This document shows, one piece after another, positions 9,283 to 17,575 of a stretch of DNA of 64,000 nucleotides. Below the pieces are notes generated by a model that did no database searches, was not told where the DNA came from, and saw nothing but the letters and a program-made list of their open reading frames with translations. Position numbers and translations under genes: made by a program. The number at the start of each line of letters is the position of its first letter. Positions within the stretch are counted from its first letter, which is position 1. The DNA comes from Clostridiales bacterium (lineage in GTDB: Bacteria > Bacillota > Clostridia > Christensenellales > CAG-138), in NCBI GenBank assembly GCA_009779405.1, contig WREI01000005.1, positions 2,166-66,165 on the forward strand, given 5' to 3'.

Positions 9283-10068
9283 ATGAGTAGCAGTATAAAC
9301 TATCCCGGCGTCCCGCAAACGGGTGCGGGCGCAAACAGCAGCGGCAATAGCGGCAGCGGCGGATTCTATGTGAACAGCTTTGAAGATCTGCTGCAGCAGA
9401 TGCTGTCGGCCTATGACCCCGCGCTGGTCAACTATACGCCGTTGGACGAGCAGAAGACTCTGCTGCAGATCGCTTCGTGGCTGCGGCCCGCATTTGACGC
9501 GGCCATCGAGATGCGCGGCAAGCAGACCGAGCGCGCCGCCGCGGAGTTGGACACAGACGCCTACGCGCGTGGTATGGGGAGCAGCACCTTCCTGAGCGAC
9601 GTGAAGGCGCGCAACCGCATGGATGAGGCGGACGATGTGCGCGCCATGGAGAGCGACTACGCGAGCAAGCTGGCGCAGTATCTCTACCAGGCCGTGGAGA
9701 CCGACCGTGCCAGGGCCCTGGATGTCGCCAAATTCAACGCGGAGCAGACCAACGCGGCCCGCGCGCACGCGGCCAACGCGGCGCAGAGCGCCTATGCATC
9801 GCAGTCGCGCGGCGGCGGAAAGAGCGGCGGCAGCGGCAGCAATAGCAAAGGCAGCAGCGCCCCCCTGGGCGGGCTCGGGCAGGGAAGCGCCGATGCCAAA
9901 CTCGGCGCGGAAGCCATGGCCTTCTACCGCGGTCTCAGCAGCGCCCAAAAGAAGCTCTTCTTCGACACGGGCAACCTGACCTATGCCAAACAGCGCAACG
10001 CGTTTCTGAAAGCCTACGGCGCGCAGAAATTCAACGCACTGCGGGTCGGCTTTTTGAAGGGGAACTGA
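9283..10068 (+). CDS. hypothetical phage protein with Gly/Ser-rich segments (261 aa)
   Basis: ORF track; AAAGGAG RBS; no family recognised. Confidence 0.6.
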   Translation: MSSSINYPGVPQTGAGANSSGNSGSGGFYVNSFEDLLQQMLSAYDPALVNYTPLDEQKTLLQIASWLRPAFDAAIEMRGKQTERAAAELDTDAYARGMGSSTFLSDVKARNRMDEADDVRAMESDYASKLAQYLYQAVETDRARALDVAKFNAEQTNAARAHAANAAQSAYASQSRGGGKSGGSGSNSKGSSAPLGGLGQGSADAKLGAEAMAFYRGLSSAQKKLFFDTGNLTYAKQRNAFLKAYGAQKFNALRVGFLKGN

Positions 10069-10073
10069 TTTTT

Positions 10074-10189
10074 AGTGTGAAGCGTGAAGTGTGGAGTGTG
10101 GAGTTTCGGTAGGAATCGCAAGCAATTCCAATTAAAGTTCAAAATGCCGCAGGCATTTTTACCTTAACTCCACTCTTCACACTCCACAC
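10074..10189. repeat. composite palindromic element, singleton words GTGAAGC/GTGTGGA
   Basis: L arm AGTGTGAAGCGTGAAGTGTGGAGTGTGGAGTT; inner hairpins 10112-10129 (after GGTA) and 10141-10159 (before TACC); R arm 10162-10189. Confidence 0.85.
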
Positions 10190-10218
10190 CCGCCCCCCTA
10201 CCCCAACCCCGAAGATTC

Positions 10219-10233
10219 TGTTATAATACCCCC
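10219..10233 (+). promoter_or_regulatory. extended -10 promoter (TGTTATAAT) 6 nt upstream of the holB ATG; predicts a leaderless mRNA
   Basis: TG 10219-10220, TATAAT 10222-10227, ATG 10234; no SD sequence fits in the gap. Confidence 0.55.
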
Positions 10234-11181
10234 ATGAACAACCCCCGATTCGAAGAACTACTGCGCGAAGGCGCCGCGCCGCATGCCCTGCTTTTGGCGG
10301 GCATGCAGGGTTGCGGGCAGAACGCGCTGGCGCGGCGCTTTGCCGCGCTGTATTTGGGCTTGCCAGAGAGCGGACTCGCGAACAGCCCTTATTTTTATAT
10401 GTGTACGGAGACGGTCGTGGACGCAGTGCGCGATGCGGCGTTTTTTGTGAATCGGCAGGCCTACGGCGCGGGACGGCGTTGCGTGATCTTTCCCGACGCG
10501 CACAATTTGCAGCCCCTGGCGCAGAACGCGCTGCTGAAAACCCTCGAGGAACCGCCCGCGAACACTTTGATGATACTGACCGGGCATGAGCCGGGCCTGC
10601 TCTCCACCATACGCTCCCGTTGCGCCGCCCTGCGCGTGGGCGCGGAGGATGCGAACAGTTTTCAGACGCGGTTACTGCGCGAAGGCATCGCCCCCGAACG
10701 CGCCGCCATCTGTGCCGCGCTTTCCGGGGGCGCCTATGACAGCGCAAAAGAATACGCCACCGAGCAATATTGGGATTTCCGCCGCGGCGTGCTGGATCTG
10801 ATTGAAAGGCTGCTCCACGGCAAACCCGTTTTGCTGGAACTGCACAAATATCTGGCCGAGCAGCAGCCCCGCCCGTCCGTAAACAGCGAAAAAAAGAAGG
10901 CAGGCGTGCAAAGGGAGAGCATCGCCGCCTTTTTGGAGTTGCTCCTCTCCGTATTGCGGGATATCCGTATGTTACGCTTGGATATTCGCCTGCCCATCAT
11001 CCACGCGGATCGCGCCGATTCGCTCGGGAAACACGCCGCGCTATTTACAAATTCCGCTTTGCAGGGTATGATGAGAGTTGGGTTTGACGCGCAGAAGTTT
11101 TTGCGTGATAACGCTTCGCCGCCCCTGCTCCTCGACTGGAGTTGGGCGGAAATGCAACAATATATAAATAAGGATACATAA
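10234..11181 (+). CDS. holB: DNA polymerase III subunit delta prime
   Basis: LLKTLEEPP and TIRSRC motifs; followed by ricT as in Firmicutes. Confidence 0.9.
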   Translation: MNNPRFEELLREGAAPHALLLAGMQGCGQNALARRFAALYLGLPESGLANSPYFYMCTETVVDAVRDAAFFVNRQAYGAGRRCVIFPDAHNLQPLAQNALLKTLEEPPANTLMILTGHEPGLLSTIRSRCAALRVGAEDANSFQTRLLREGIAPERAAICAALSGGAYDSAKEYATEQYWDFRRGVLDLIERLLHGKPVLLELHKYLAEQQPRPSVNSEKKKAGVQRESIAAFLELLLSVLRDIRMLRLDIRLPIIHADRADSLGKHAALFTNSALQGMMRVGFDAQKFLRDNASPPLLLDWSWAEMQQYINKDT

Positions 11182-11182
11182 G

Positions 11183-12355
11183 ATGGTCAAAATTATCGGT
11201 GTAAAATTCAGAAACGGGTCGCGGGTCTATTTTTTCGATCCCGCCGCGCTCGACATATTGGACGGGCAGGGGCTCATTGTGGAGACCGCGCGCGGGCAGG
11301 AATATGCCTTCGCCGTAGGCACGGTGCGTGAAGTGGAGGAGAGCGAGATCGTCGCGCCCCTGCGCCCGGTGCTGCGCGTCGCCACGGAAGCGGATACGCG
11401 CATGCGCGGCGAGAATATCGCCAAGGAACGGGACGCGCTCGGAAGATGCCAGGCGGAGGTACTGCGCCACGGGCTGGATATGAAGGTCGTGGATGTGGAG
11501 AGCTCCTTCAACGGCAGCAAGATCACCTTTTTCTTCACGGCGGACGAGCGCGTGGACTTTCGCAACTTAGTGCGCGATCTGGCGGGCATGTTCCGCACGC
11601 GCATCGAACTGCGCCAGATCGGTGTGCGCGACGAGGCCAAGATGCTCGGCGGTCTGGGCGGTTGCGGGCGCCCGGTCTGCTGCAAGCAGTTTTTGGACGA
11701 TTTCAAGCCGGTATCCATCAAAATGGCCAAGGAGCAGGGCCTGGCCCTCTCGCCGACCAAGATATCCGGGCTCTGCGGGCGCCTGATGTGCTGCCTGCAA
11801 TATGAGCAGTCGACCTATGAGGAGACCCGCAAAAAGATGCCCAAAATAGGCAAGGCCGTGGTGACGGCGGACGGCGAGGGTACGGTGGTGGAAAACAACG
11901 CGGTGACCGAAAAGACCCGCGTGCGCGTCGCGTTGCCGGACGGCACCTATGATTTGCGCAGTTATCACTATACGCATATAGCCGCTGCGGGCGAGCGCGT
12001 ACCCGCCGCGGCATTTGCACCGCGGGAGAATACTGCGCCCGCCATGGGGCAGGCCCCGCGCCGGGAGGAAAGCGCGCCCCCTTCCGCGCAACCGCGCGGC
12101 GGGCAGCCCCAAAAGCGCGACGGCAGTGGCCGCCCGGCCCCCTCCAAGCCCGCCCAGAGCAATGCGCCCCCATCTAAGCCGAGACCGGACGCAAACAAGG
12201 CCCCGCGTCCGAAGCCCAAGAAGCAGGCCTATGAGAAGGATATTTCCGAAGCCGCGCTGCCCGAACAGCAGGCCCCCGCGCACAACGCAGCGCCGCAAAA
12301 CGCCGCGAAGCGAAAGAAGAATCGGCGAAGCTTCGGGTATGGGAAGAAGAGATAG
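11183..12355 (+). CDS. ricT: PSP1-domain regulatory protein RicT (YaaT) with Pro/Ala/Lys-rich C-terminal tail
   Basis: VKFRNGSRVYFFD.., GGCGRPVCCKQFL, GLCGRLMCCLQYE cysteine motifs. Confidence 0.9.
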   Translation: MVKIIGVKFRNGSRVYFFDPAALDILDGQGLIVETARGQEYAFAVGTVREVEESEIVAPLRPVLRVATEADTRMRGENIAKERDALGRCQAEVLRHGLDMKVVDVESSFNGSKITFFFTADERVDFRNLVRDLAGMFRTRIELRQIGVRDEAKMLGGLGGCGRPVCCKQFLDDFKPVSIKMAKEQGLALSPTKISGLCGRLMCCLQYEQSTYEETRKKMPKIGKAVVTADGEGTVVENNAVTEKTRVRVALPDGTYDLRSYHYTHIAAAGERVPAAAFAPRENTAPAMGQAPRREESAPPSAQPRGGQPQKRDGSGRPAPSKPAQSNAPPSKPRPDANKAPRPKPKKQAYEKDISEAALPEQQAPAHNAAPQNAAKRKKNRRSFGYGKKR

Positions 12356-12363
12356 TTACGTTT

Positions 12364-12438
12364 GAAGTAATAAGTAAAAATGCAGAAAACAGAGAGAACG
12401 GCTCTACACCTCTCTGCCTTCTGCATTATTACTTATTC
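12364..12438. repeat. composite palindromic element, family C (AATAAGT/AATGCAG words)
   Basis: L arm GAAGTAATAAGTAAAAATGCAGAAAACAGAGAG 12364-12396; R arm CTCTCTGCCTTCTGCATTATTACTTATTC 12410-12438; between convergent genes. Confidence 0.85.
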
Positions 12439-12439
12439 C

Positions 12440-13420
12440 TTATCGGAAGATGCCTTCCAAGATAAAGCTGTCCACATCGTCGTCATAAAAATTATAATCA
12501 TCCAATACGGGCGAATAGGTGACGACAGACAGATTGCCCGTGGCGGGGTCTATCGTCAGTATGCGCAGGTAGCCGAGACCCTCGCCGTTGCGATGCTCTT
12601 CCTGCAGGTTGAAGAGCAACGCCGTCACTGTATGCCCGGCAGGATAACTTTTCCGCCATTTTGCTTCGCCGTACATATGCCCGCAGAGCAACAGACGCAG
12701 ATTCGGATGCGCGGCGAACAGGGCTTCCAGTCGCTCCCCGCCCCCCGTGGGCATGCCATCCGCCAACAAAAAGCTGTGAATGAGGATGATGACCACATGG
12801 TTCGAGTGCGCCGCCATTTGCGTTTCCACCCAATCGAAATGCGGGGTTTCCTCCCCCTGCCAGCCGATGCCGAGCAGCAGAATTTTCAAGCCGCCCGCGT
12901 CGATTGGCTGCGCCCAGCATTGCCCGCCCTCGTAGAGCAGTTCGGGCTCGCGCGCATCGCAGAAGTCGTGGGATAAATATTCGGTATAATCGAAAACGGG
13001 ACGCCACACATCGTGGTTGCCGGCAACGACATAGAGGGGCATTGCGCCGCGTATGGCGGCCATGCCGGGCGCAATGTTTTCCCATTGTTCGGGCTTCTCA
13101 CGGTTATCCACCACATCGCCCACATGCAGGGCCGCAATCAGGTTATGTGCCGCCGCATTGTCTGCAATCCAGCGCGCCGTTTCGTCAAACGCTTCGGGAT
13201 ACTTGGCCGCGTAGATCTGCGTATCGGAGATCCATACAAAGGAGAAGGGCGTGGGGATGGGCGTGGGCGCGGGGGTAACGATTGTGATCTCCACGGTGAA
13301 GGGCGTCGGGGTGGGATCGGGCGGCGTCGGATGCGCTTGCGAGGGCAGGTCTGCGCAGGCGCAAACAACGCAGAGCGCCGCGACGCATAACAGGAGCGCG
13401 CAAAACCGAATCTTTCGCAT
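12440..13420 (-). CDS. metallophosphoesterase lipoprotein
   Basis: Lipobox LCVVCAC; FVWISDTQ, GDVVDN, GNHD calcineurin-like motifs; start at MRKI chosen for GAGG spacing. Confidence 0.8.
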   Translation of the reverse strand: MRKIRFCALLLCVAALCVVCACADLPSQAHPTPPDPTPTPFTVEITIVTPAPTPIPTPFSFVWISDTQIYAAKYPEAFDETARWIADNAAAHNLIAALHVGDVVDNREKPEQWENIAPGMAAIRGAMPLYVVAGNHDVWRPVFDYTEYLSHDFCDAREPELLYEGGQCWAQPIDAGGLKILLLGIGWQGEETPHFDWVETQMAAHSNHVVIILIHSFLLADGMPTGGGERLEALFAAHPNLRLLLCGHMYGEAKWRKSYPAGHTVTALLFNLQEEHRNGEGLGYLRILTIDPATGNLSVVTYSPVLDDYNFYDDDVDSFILEGIFR

Positions 13421-13441
13421 ACCCATACCTCATAAGCAAAA

Positions 13442-13503
13442 GCGGGCGGCCAAAGGCCGCCCCCCAAAATGTCCCGACATCCGTTTGCGGCGGATGTCGG
13501 GAT
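13442..13503 (-). terminator. two tandem intrinsic terminator hairpins downstream of 13518-14723
   Basis: GCGGGCGGCC/GGCCGCCC 13442-13463 and TCCCGACATCCG/CGGATGTCGGGA 13472-13503, each followed by a T-run on the minus strand. Confidence 0.75.
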
Positions 13504-13517
13504 GTTTTTATTACGGC

Positions 13518-14723
13518 TTAGTCCTTCTTTTTCTTTCCGGCCAGGAGGATGATCACGACAACGATGATAATGATCGCCGCACCGCCGCCGATGATGAACC
13601 ACTTCCAGTTATCCCAGAAGCTGGGCTCGTCAACCTCGGGCTCGATTTCGGGCTCAATCTCGGGCTCGGACTCAGGCTCGGGAGCGGTATAAGCGATCTC
13701 ATACAGATGCTTGCCGTCTTCGGTCGTCGAAGAAACGGTGATCCACATTTCGACGCCCGGCTCGAAGTCCGTGATATCGGTCGTCTGCACGGAACCGTCG
13801 TTGTTGAGAACGATGCCTTCAATATTGGCAGGCACCTTGATCTCGGCCCAGCCATCGACCACGGTCAGATCCGCGCCCGGCCAGCCGCCGAAGGGCTCGG
13901 GCCATGCATAGAAGCAGGGCAGAGTCCAGCTATTGGGTACCGCGATGTGCACGGTGACCATCGGCGCATAGCTGAGTTCATAGAGATGCTTGCCATCATC
14001 GGTCGAGGTCAGAACGGTGATCCAGAGATCCACGCCCTTGTCGAATTCGGTGATGTCAACCGTCTGCGGGGAGCCGTCGTTGCTGATGACGATGCCTTCG
14101 ATAGCGGCAGGCACCAGGATCTCGGCATAGCCGTCGACCGCTTCCACATCCAGGCCCGGCCAACCGCCGAAGGGCTCAGGCCATGCATAGAAGCAGGGCG
14201 CGGTCCAGCTTGCGGGTACGGTCAGATGCACGGTGATATCGCCTTCGAGGGCCTCGCCCGGCTCTTCCGGTTCCGCTACCTCGAGGGGCACATACTCCGG
14301 CTCATCGCCTTCGGTCAGCGCTTCTTCGGCAATCACTCCGACAAAGCCGTCTTCGGTTTCTTCGACGGTGATCCACATCGTGCCGGCAGCAAAGCCTTCG
14401 TCGTTCTTGATGTCCGCCGTTTGCGCACCGCCATCAAAGCCCTCGTTCACAATCAGTCCGGTCAGTCCGGCGGGAACATACATATAGAACCAGCCATCGT
14501 TGGCGGGATCAGCCGTAAAGGCTTCGCCCGGCCAATTTGCAAAGAGGTTGCCATTCGGTCCCCAAGCCCATAGGCCGGGGGCTTCCCAAGCTTCCGGAAC
14601 TTGCGCATACAGAAGCAGCGCGCCTTCTCTCGGCAATTCTTCTGCACCGGCAGTCGGTACCAGCGCAAGCAGTCCTACGAGCAACATGCACAGAGACAGT
14701 GCAATCGCTACGATTTTTTTCAT
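13518..14723 (-). CDS. membrane-anchored surface protein with three CBM25/26-like (starch-binding-type) repeats
   Basis: Signal peptide; three repeats with W.W....WPG...DGW/Y......I..NDG..QT.DI pattern; C-terminal TM plus KKKKD. Confidence 0.6.
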   Translation of the reverse strand: MKKIVAIALSLCMLLVGLLALVPTAGAEELPREGALLLYAQVPEAWEAPGLWAWGPNGNLFANWPGEAFTADPANDGWFYMYVPAGLTGLIVNEGFDGGAQTADIKNDEGFAAGTMWITVEETEDGFVGVIAEEALTEGDEPEYVPLEVAEPEEPGEALEGDITVHLTVPASWTAPCFYAWPEPFGGWPGLDVEAVDGYAEILVPAAIEGIVISNDGSPQTVDITEFDKGVDLWITVLTSTDDGKHLYELSYAPMVTVHIAVPNSWTLPCFYAWPEPFGGWPGADLTVVDGWAEIKVPANIEGIVLNNDGSVQTTDITDFEPGVEMWITVSSTTEDGKHLYEIAYTAPEPESEPEIEPEIEPEVDEPSFWDNWKWFIIGGGAAIIIIVVVIILLAGKKKKD

Positions 14724-14779
14724 AACCCTAAAACCTCCAAATAATATTAGTGAAGGGGGTATCCCTTCTACTCAAATAT

Positions 14780-14808
14780 ATAATACACATTTGTAACATT
14801 TCTGTCAA
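14780..14808 (-). promoter_or_regulatory. sigma-70-type promoter TTGACA-17-TATTAT for 13518-14723
   Basis: Minus strand TTGACA (14808-14803), 17-nt spacer, TATTAT (14785-14780). Confidence 0.7.
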
Positions 14809-14882
14809 GAAAAATATACGCGGTGCTTTTTGGCTGCAAATTGCAATTTAATTGCACGCCACAACGGGAAAGGCACAAATTC

Positions 14883-14912
14883 TTGCGGCGGGCGGGCATA
14901 GTATGTTACAAT
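14883..14912 (+). promoter_or_regulatory. promoter TTGCGG-18-TACAAT with TGT extension for 14940-16076
   Basis: TTGCGG 14883-14888; TGTTACAAT 14904-14912; AAAGGAG RBS 14925-14931. Confidence 0.55.
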
Positions 14913-14939
14913 GCTCGCATATCGAAAGGAGTCCACGAT

Positions 14940-16076
14940 ATGCGAAGAATATGGACAGGGATCCTCGCCTGCCTGTTGCTGCTGCTCCTGTTGCCGGGCG
15001 CTGCGCGGGCAGAGGAGGAAAATCCGGTCATCCGCTCCCTGAAAACGGACGGCGCGCTGGTATATATCGACGCTTGGGGCTATAGCCCCGTCACTGCCTA
15101 TGCGTTCTCGACGATCGAAGCCGCGCCTGCGCAGGACGCCACGGATTGGCGGCCCTACAAGGGCAGCCACATGCCCGTGTACAAGTGGGACGGCGACTAT
15201 TTCGTGCGTGTGATGGACGCGGAGGGGCGTATCAGCGAAGCCGAGCGGGTGACGGTCGCTTCGGGCTATACCTATGTGTTGGAGGCGGAGGGGCAGGACT
15301 ATCTCCGGGAACCGATCGAGAAATTCCTCGAGAAGAACGGGGACTCCATGGAGACTTTTAACCGATACCTTGCCCGGCAGGCGGAGCGGGCGGGCCTGTT
15401 TACCCCCGCGGCGGTCGCGTTGGTATCCGTCGGGTTTTTGAGCCGCATGGCGCAATACGACATGACGCTCGCCTATCAGGCGCACGGCAATTATACCCGC
15501 GCGGGCGATTGGGGTTTGGCCCCCGGTTGGGGCGCCAAGCTCAGCAAGCCCGATATGGACAACAGCAACAAACAGGCCTATCTGTATGGCGCCATGAACT
15601 GCGGCACCATCATCATGTGGGCCTATAAGCAGGCGGGCCTGAATCTCAGCGGTACCGGCGGACGGGACGGGATAGGCGACACGGGCCATCGCGTCAGGAG
15701 AGGGGACAACAAGATAAAGCTCGACAACGGGGACACGGGCGACCTCATCTCGACCAAGACAGGCCACTTCATTCTCATCTTGGACAGGGTGGATACGGAT
15801 ATGGACGGGGCGGCGGACTCCTACCTGGTTTTTGAGATGGAAAGCCCCTATCTGAAGCTCAAATGCCGCAGTTTTCGATCCGTGCGCGGATGCACGTTTT
15901 GGGATATGTCCGCCGTGTTCGACGGAAGCGGGGCCTATAAGCGGCTGAGCGCCTACTGGCCGGGGCAGTTCACAGTTCCCGTGGAGGAATTCCCGGAGTA
16001 CTATGTGAAAACCCATCGGCAGCATAATGCCGGATATAGAAAAGGAATGAGATATCGAATTATCCATCTTTATTGA
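14940..16076 (+). CDS. secreted NlpC/P60-like cysteine peptidase domain protein
   Basis: Signal peptide LLLLLLLPGAARA; GAMNCGTIIMWAYKQAGL (Cys) and GHFILILD (His) resemble the NlpC/P60 catalytic pair. Confidence 0.65.
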   Translation: MRRIWTGILACLLLLLLLPGAARAEEENPVIRSLKTDGALVYIDAWGYSPVTAYAFSTIEAAPAQDATDWRPYKGSHMPVYKWDGDYFVRVMDAEGRISEAERVTVASGYTYVLEAEGQDYLREPIEKFLEKNGDSMETFNRYLARQAERAGLFTPAAVALVSVGFLSRMAQYDMTLAYQAHGNYTRAGDWGLAPGWGAKLSKPDMDNSNKQAYLYGAMNCGTIIMWAYKQAGLNLSGTGGRDGIGDTGHRVRRGDNKIKLDNGDTGDLISTKTGHFILILDRVDTDMDGAADSYLVFEMESPYLKLKCRSFRSVRGCTFWDMSAVFDGSGAYKRLSAYWPGQFTVPVEEFPEYYVKTHRQHNAGYRKGMRYRIIHLY

Positions 16077-16105
16077 CCCAACAAACGGGAGATGCGTGAA
16101 ACTTT

Positions 16106-17575
16106 ATGAATAGGCAGATTCGTATATTCTTGATTGCCATAATGCTGCTTGGCGCCTGCTTGCCGCAACTGCCCGCGCGTGCGGCGGAGCAACCCATTCC
16201 GGCGCCGAATCCGCCGTTCGCGCTTCCGATCGAATGTTTCTCCGGCTCTGCTTTCGCGGAGGAGCTCCCGTATTTGCAGGATAACGACTATATCACCTGC
16301 TATCCGAAGAAGCCCTGCGAAGGGGAACTGCGGGTACAGATCGACCTGTCCGCGCTCTCAACGACCATGGAAGGGTTTATGATCCACTGGAAGGACGAAC
16401 CGGGCGCGTACAGCGTTTCGTTTGACAGCGCGGAAAGCGCCGCGATGCCGGGCGGGTTTCTGTGCGCCTATTTCAGTATTCCCACGGGCGCCCGCACCAT
16501 ACAGATTGCCTTTGGCGGCGGGGACCCCATCGCGGAACTGGCCTTCTATGCGGAGGGCAGTACGCCGGAAGGGTTTAAGCAGGCCTGGGAACCCACGCAC
16601 GCAGACTGCGATTTGATGATCGTATCCGCGCATATGGACGATGAACACCTGTTCCTCGGCGGGCTCGTTCCCGATTATGCGGCCGAGAGGGGCTATCGTG
16701 TCACGATGGTCTACCTGACCGACTCGCCGCGCGGCGTGCTCTCCCGGCAGCGGGACAGCGAGGCCCTGGCCGGGCTTTGGAGCAATGGGTTGCGGCATTA
16801 TCCGATTTTCATGTGCTTTCCGGGCAGGGGTGCGGTCTCCAATCTCGATGCGGCCAAGGCCAGCAACGATTGGAAGGCGATGCTGAAGCTGCTTGTGGAA
16901 TATATACGCCGCTATAAACCGGCAGTGGTCGTGACGCTGGGCGGGGAATACGGGAACGACCAGCACAGATTGGTGGCCTGGTTGCTGCCCCAGGCGGTCA
17001 CGGCGGCAAAGGATGAAAAGCGCTATAAGGAATCCGCCGAAGCATACGGCACGCACGAAGTTTCAAAGCTCTATATACACTCCTACGAAAAAGGCCCCAT
17101 CACGCTCGACCTGCGCCGTCCCCTTTCCGCGTTCGGCGGGGCGACGGCCCTCGAAATGGCGCAAATCGGATTTTCCTATCATGTATCCCAGCATTTTTTG
17201 CGCTTTTTCGTGACGGACGAAGGCTATAGCGGCTGTGGAAAATTCGGACTGCGCTACAGCGCCGTGGGAAAGGACCTCGCAGGAAACGATTTGTTTGAGA
17301 ATATTGAGACGCCCCCGCCGACACCCGAGCCGACGCCCGAGCCGACGCCCACACCGGAACCGCCGACGGCAAGCCCGGTACCGACCGATACGCCACCGCC
17401 CACCGCGCAGCCCACGCAGGCAGCCACGCCCTCCCCGGATATCGGGGAACCGGTTCCCGCGCGCGAAACCAACGGCAACAACATCGTTTGGTTCGTTGCC
17501 ATCGGCGCGGGGCTTTTATTCGTGTTGATTGGCCTGATTATTTTGGGAATACGGGGCCTTGCGCGGCGTCGCTGA
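16106..17575 (+). CDS. PIG-L/LmbE-family deacetylase with signal peptide, Pro/Thr linker and C-terminal TM anchor
   Basis: MIVSAHMDDEHLF (AHPDDE-type motif); PTPEPTPEPTPTPEPP linker; hydrophobic C-terminus. Confidence 0.75.
   Translation: MNRQIRIFLIAIMLLGACLPQLPARAAEQPIPAPNPPFALPIECFSGSAFAEELPYLQDNDYITCYPKKPCEGELRVQIDLSALSTTMEGFMIHWKDEPGAYSVSFDSAESAAMPGGFLCAYFSIPTGARTIQIAFGGGDPIAELAFYAEGSTPEGFKQAWEPTHADCDLMIVSAHMDDEHLFLGGLVPDYAAERGYRVTMVYLTDSPRGVLSRQRDSEALAGLWSNGLRHYPIFMCFPGRGAVSNLDAAKASNDWKAMLKLLVEYIRRYKPAVVVTLGGEYGNDQHRLVAWLLPQAVTAAKDEKRYKESAEAYGTHEVSKLYIHSYEKGPITLDLRRPLSAFGGATALEMAQIGFSYHVSQHFLRFFVTDEGYSGCGKFGLRYSAVGKDLAGNDLFENIETPPPTPEPTPEPTPTPEPPTASPVPTDTPPPTAQPTQAATPSPDIGEPVPARETNGNNIVWFVAIGAGLLFVLIGLIILGIRGLARRR

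Noticed and set aside
800-10233. Duplicated tRNA 3' segment (attL/attR) marking prophage borders.
   Set aside because: By eye I found no copy of the tRNA-Arg 3' half near 10070-10233 or elsewhere in the window. The borders therefore cannot be set from this window.
14805-16067. Long antisense ORFs mirroring well-supported genes. Examples: 14805-16067 minus, 17846-19135 plus, 24407-25333 plus, 38655-39890 plus, 39901-40941 plus, 45859-47199 plus, 60067-61119 plus, 33225-34385 minus.
   Set aside because: Their translations are Arg/Gly/Ala/Pro-rich low-complexity strings with no motifs. The opposite strand encodes proteins with clear family signatures. Such shadow ORFs are typical of GC-rich DNA.
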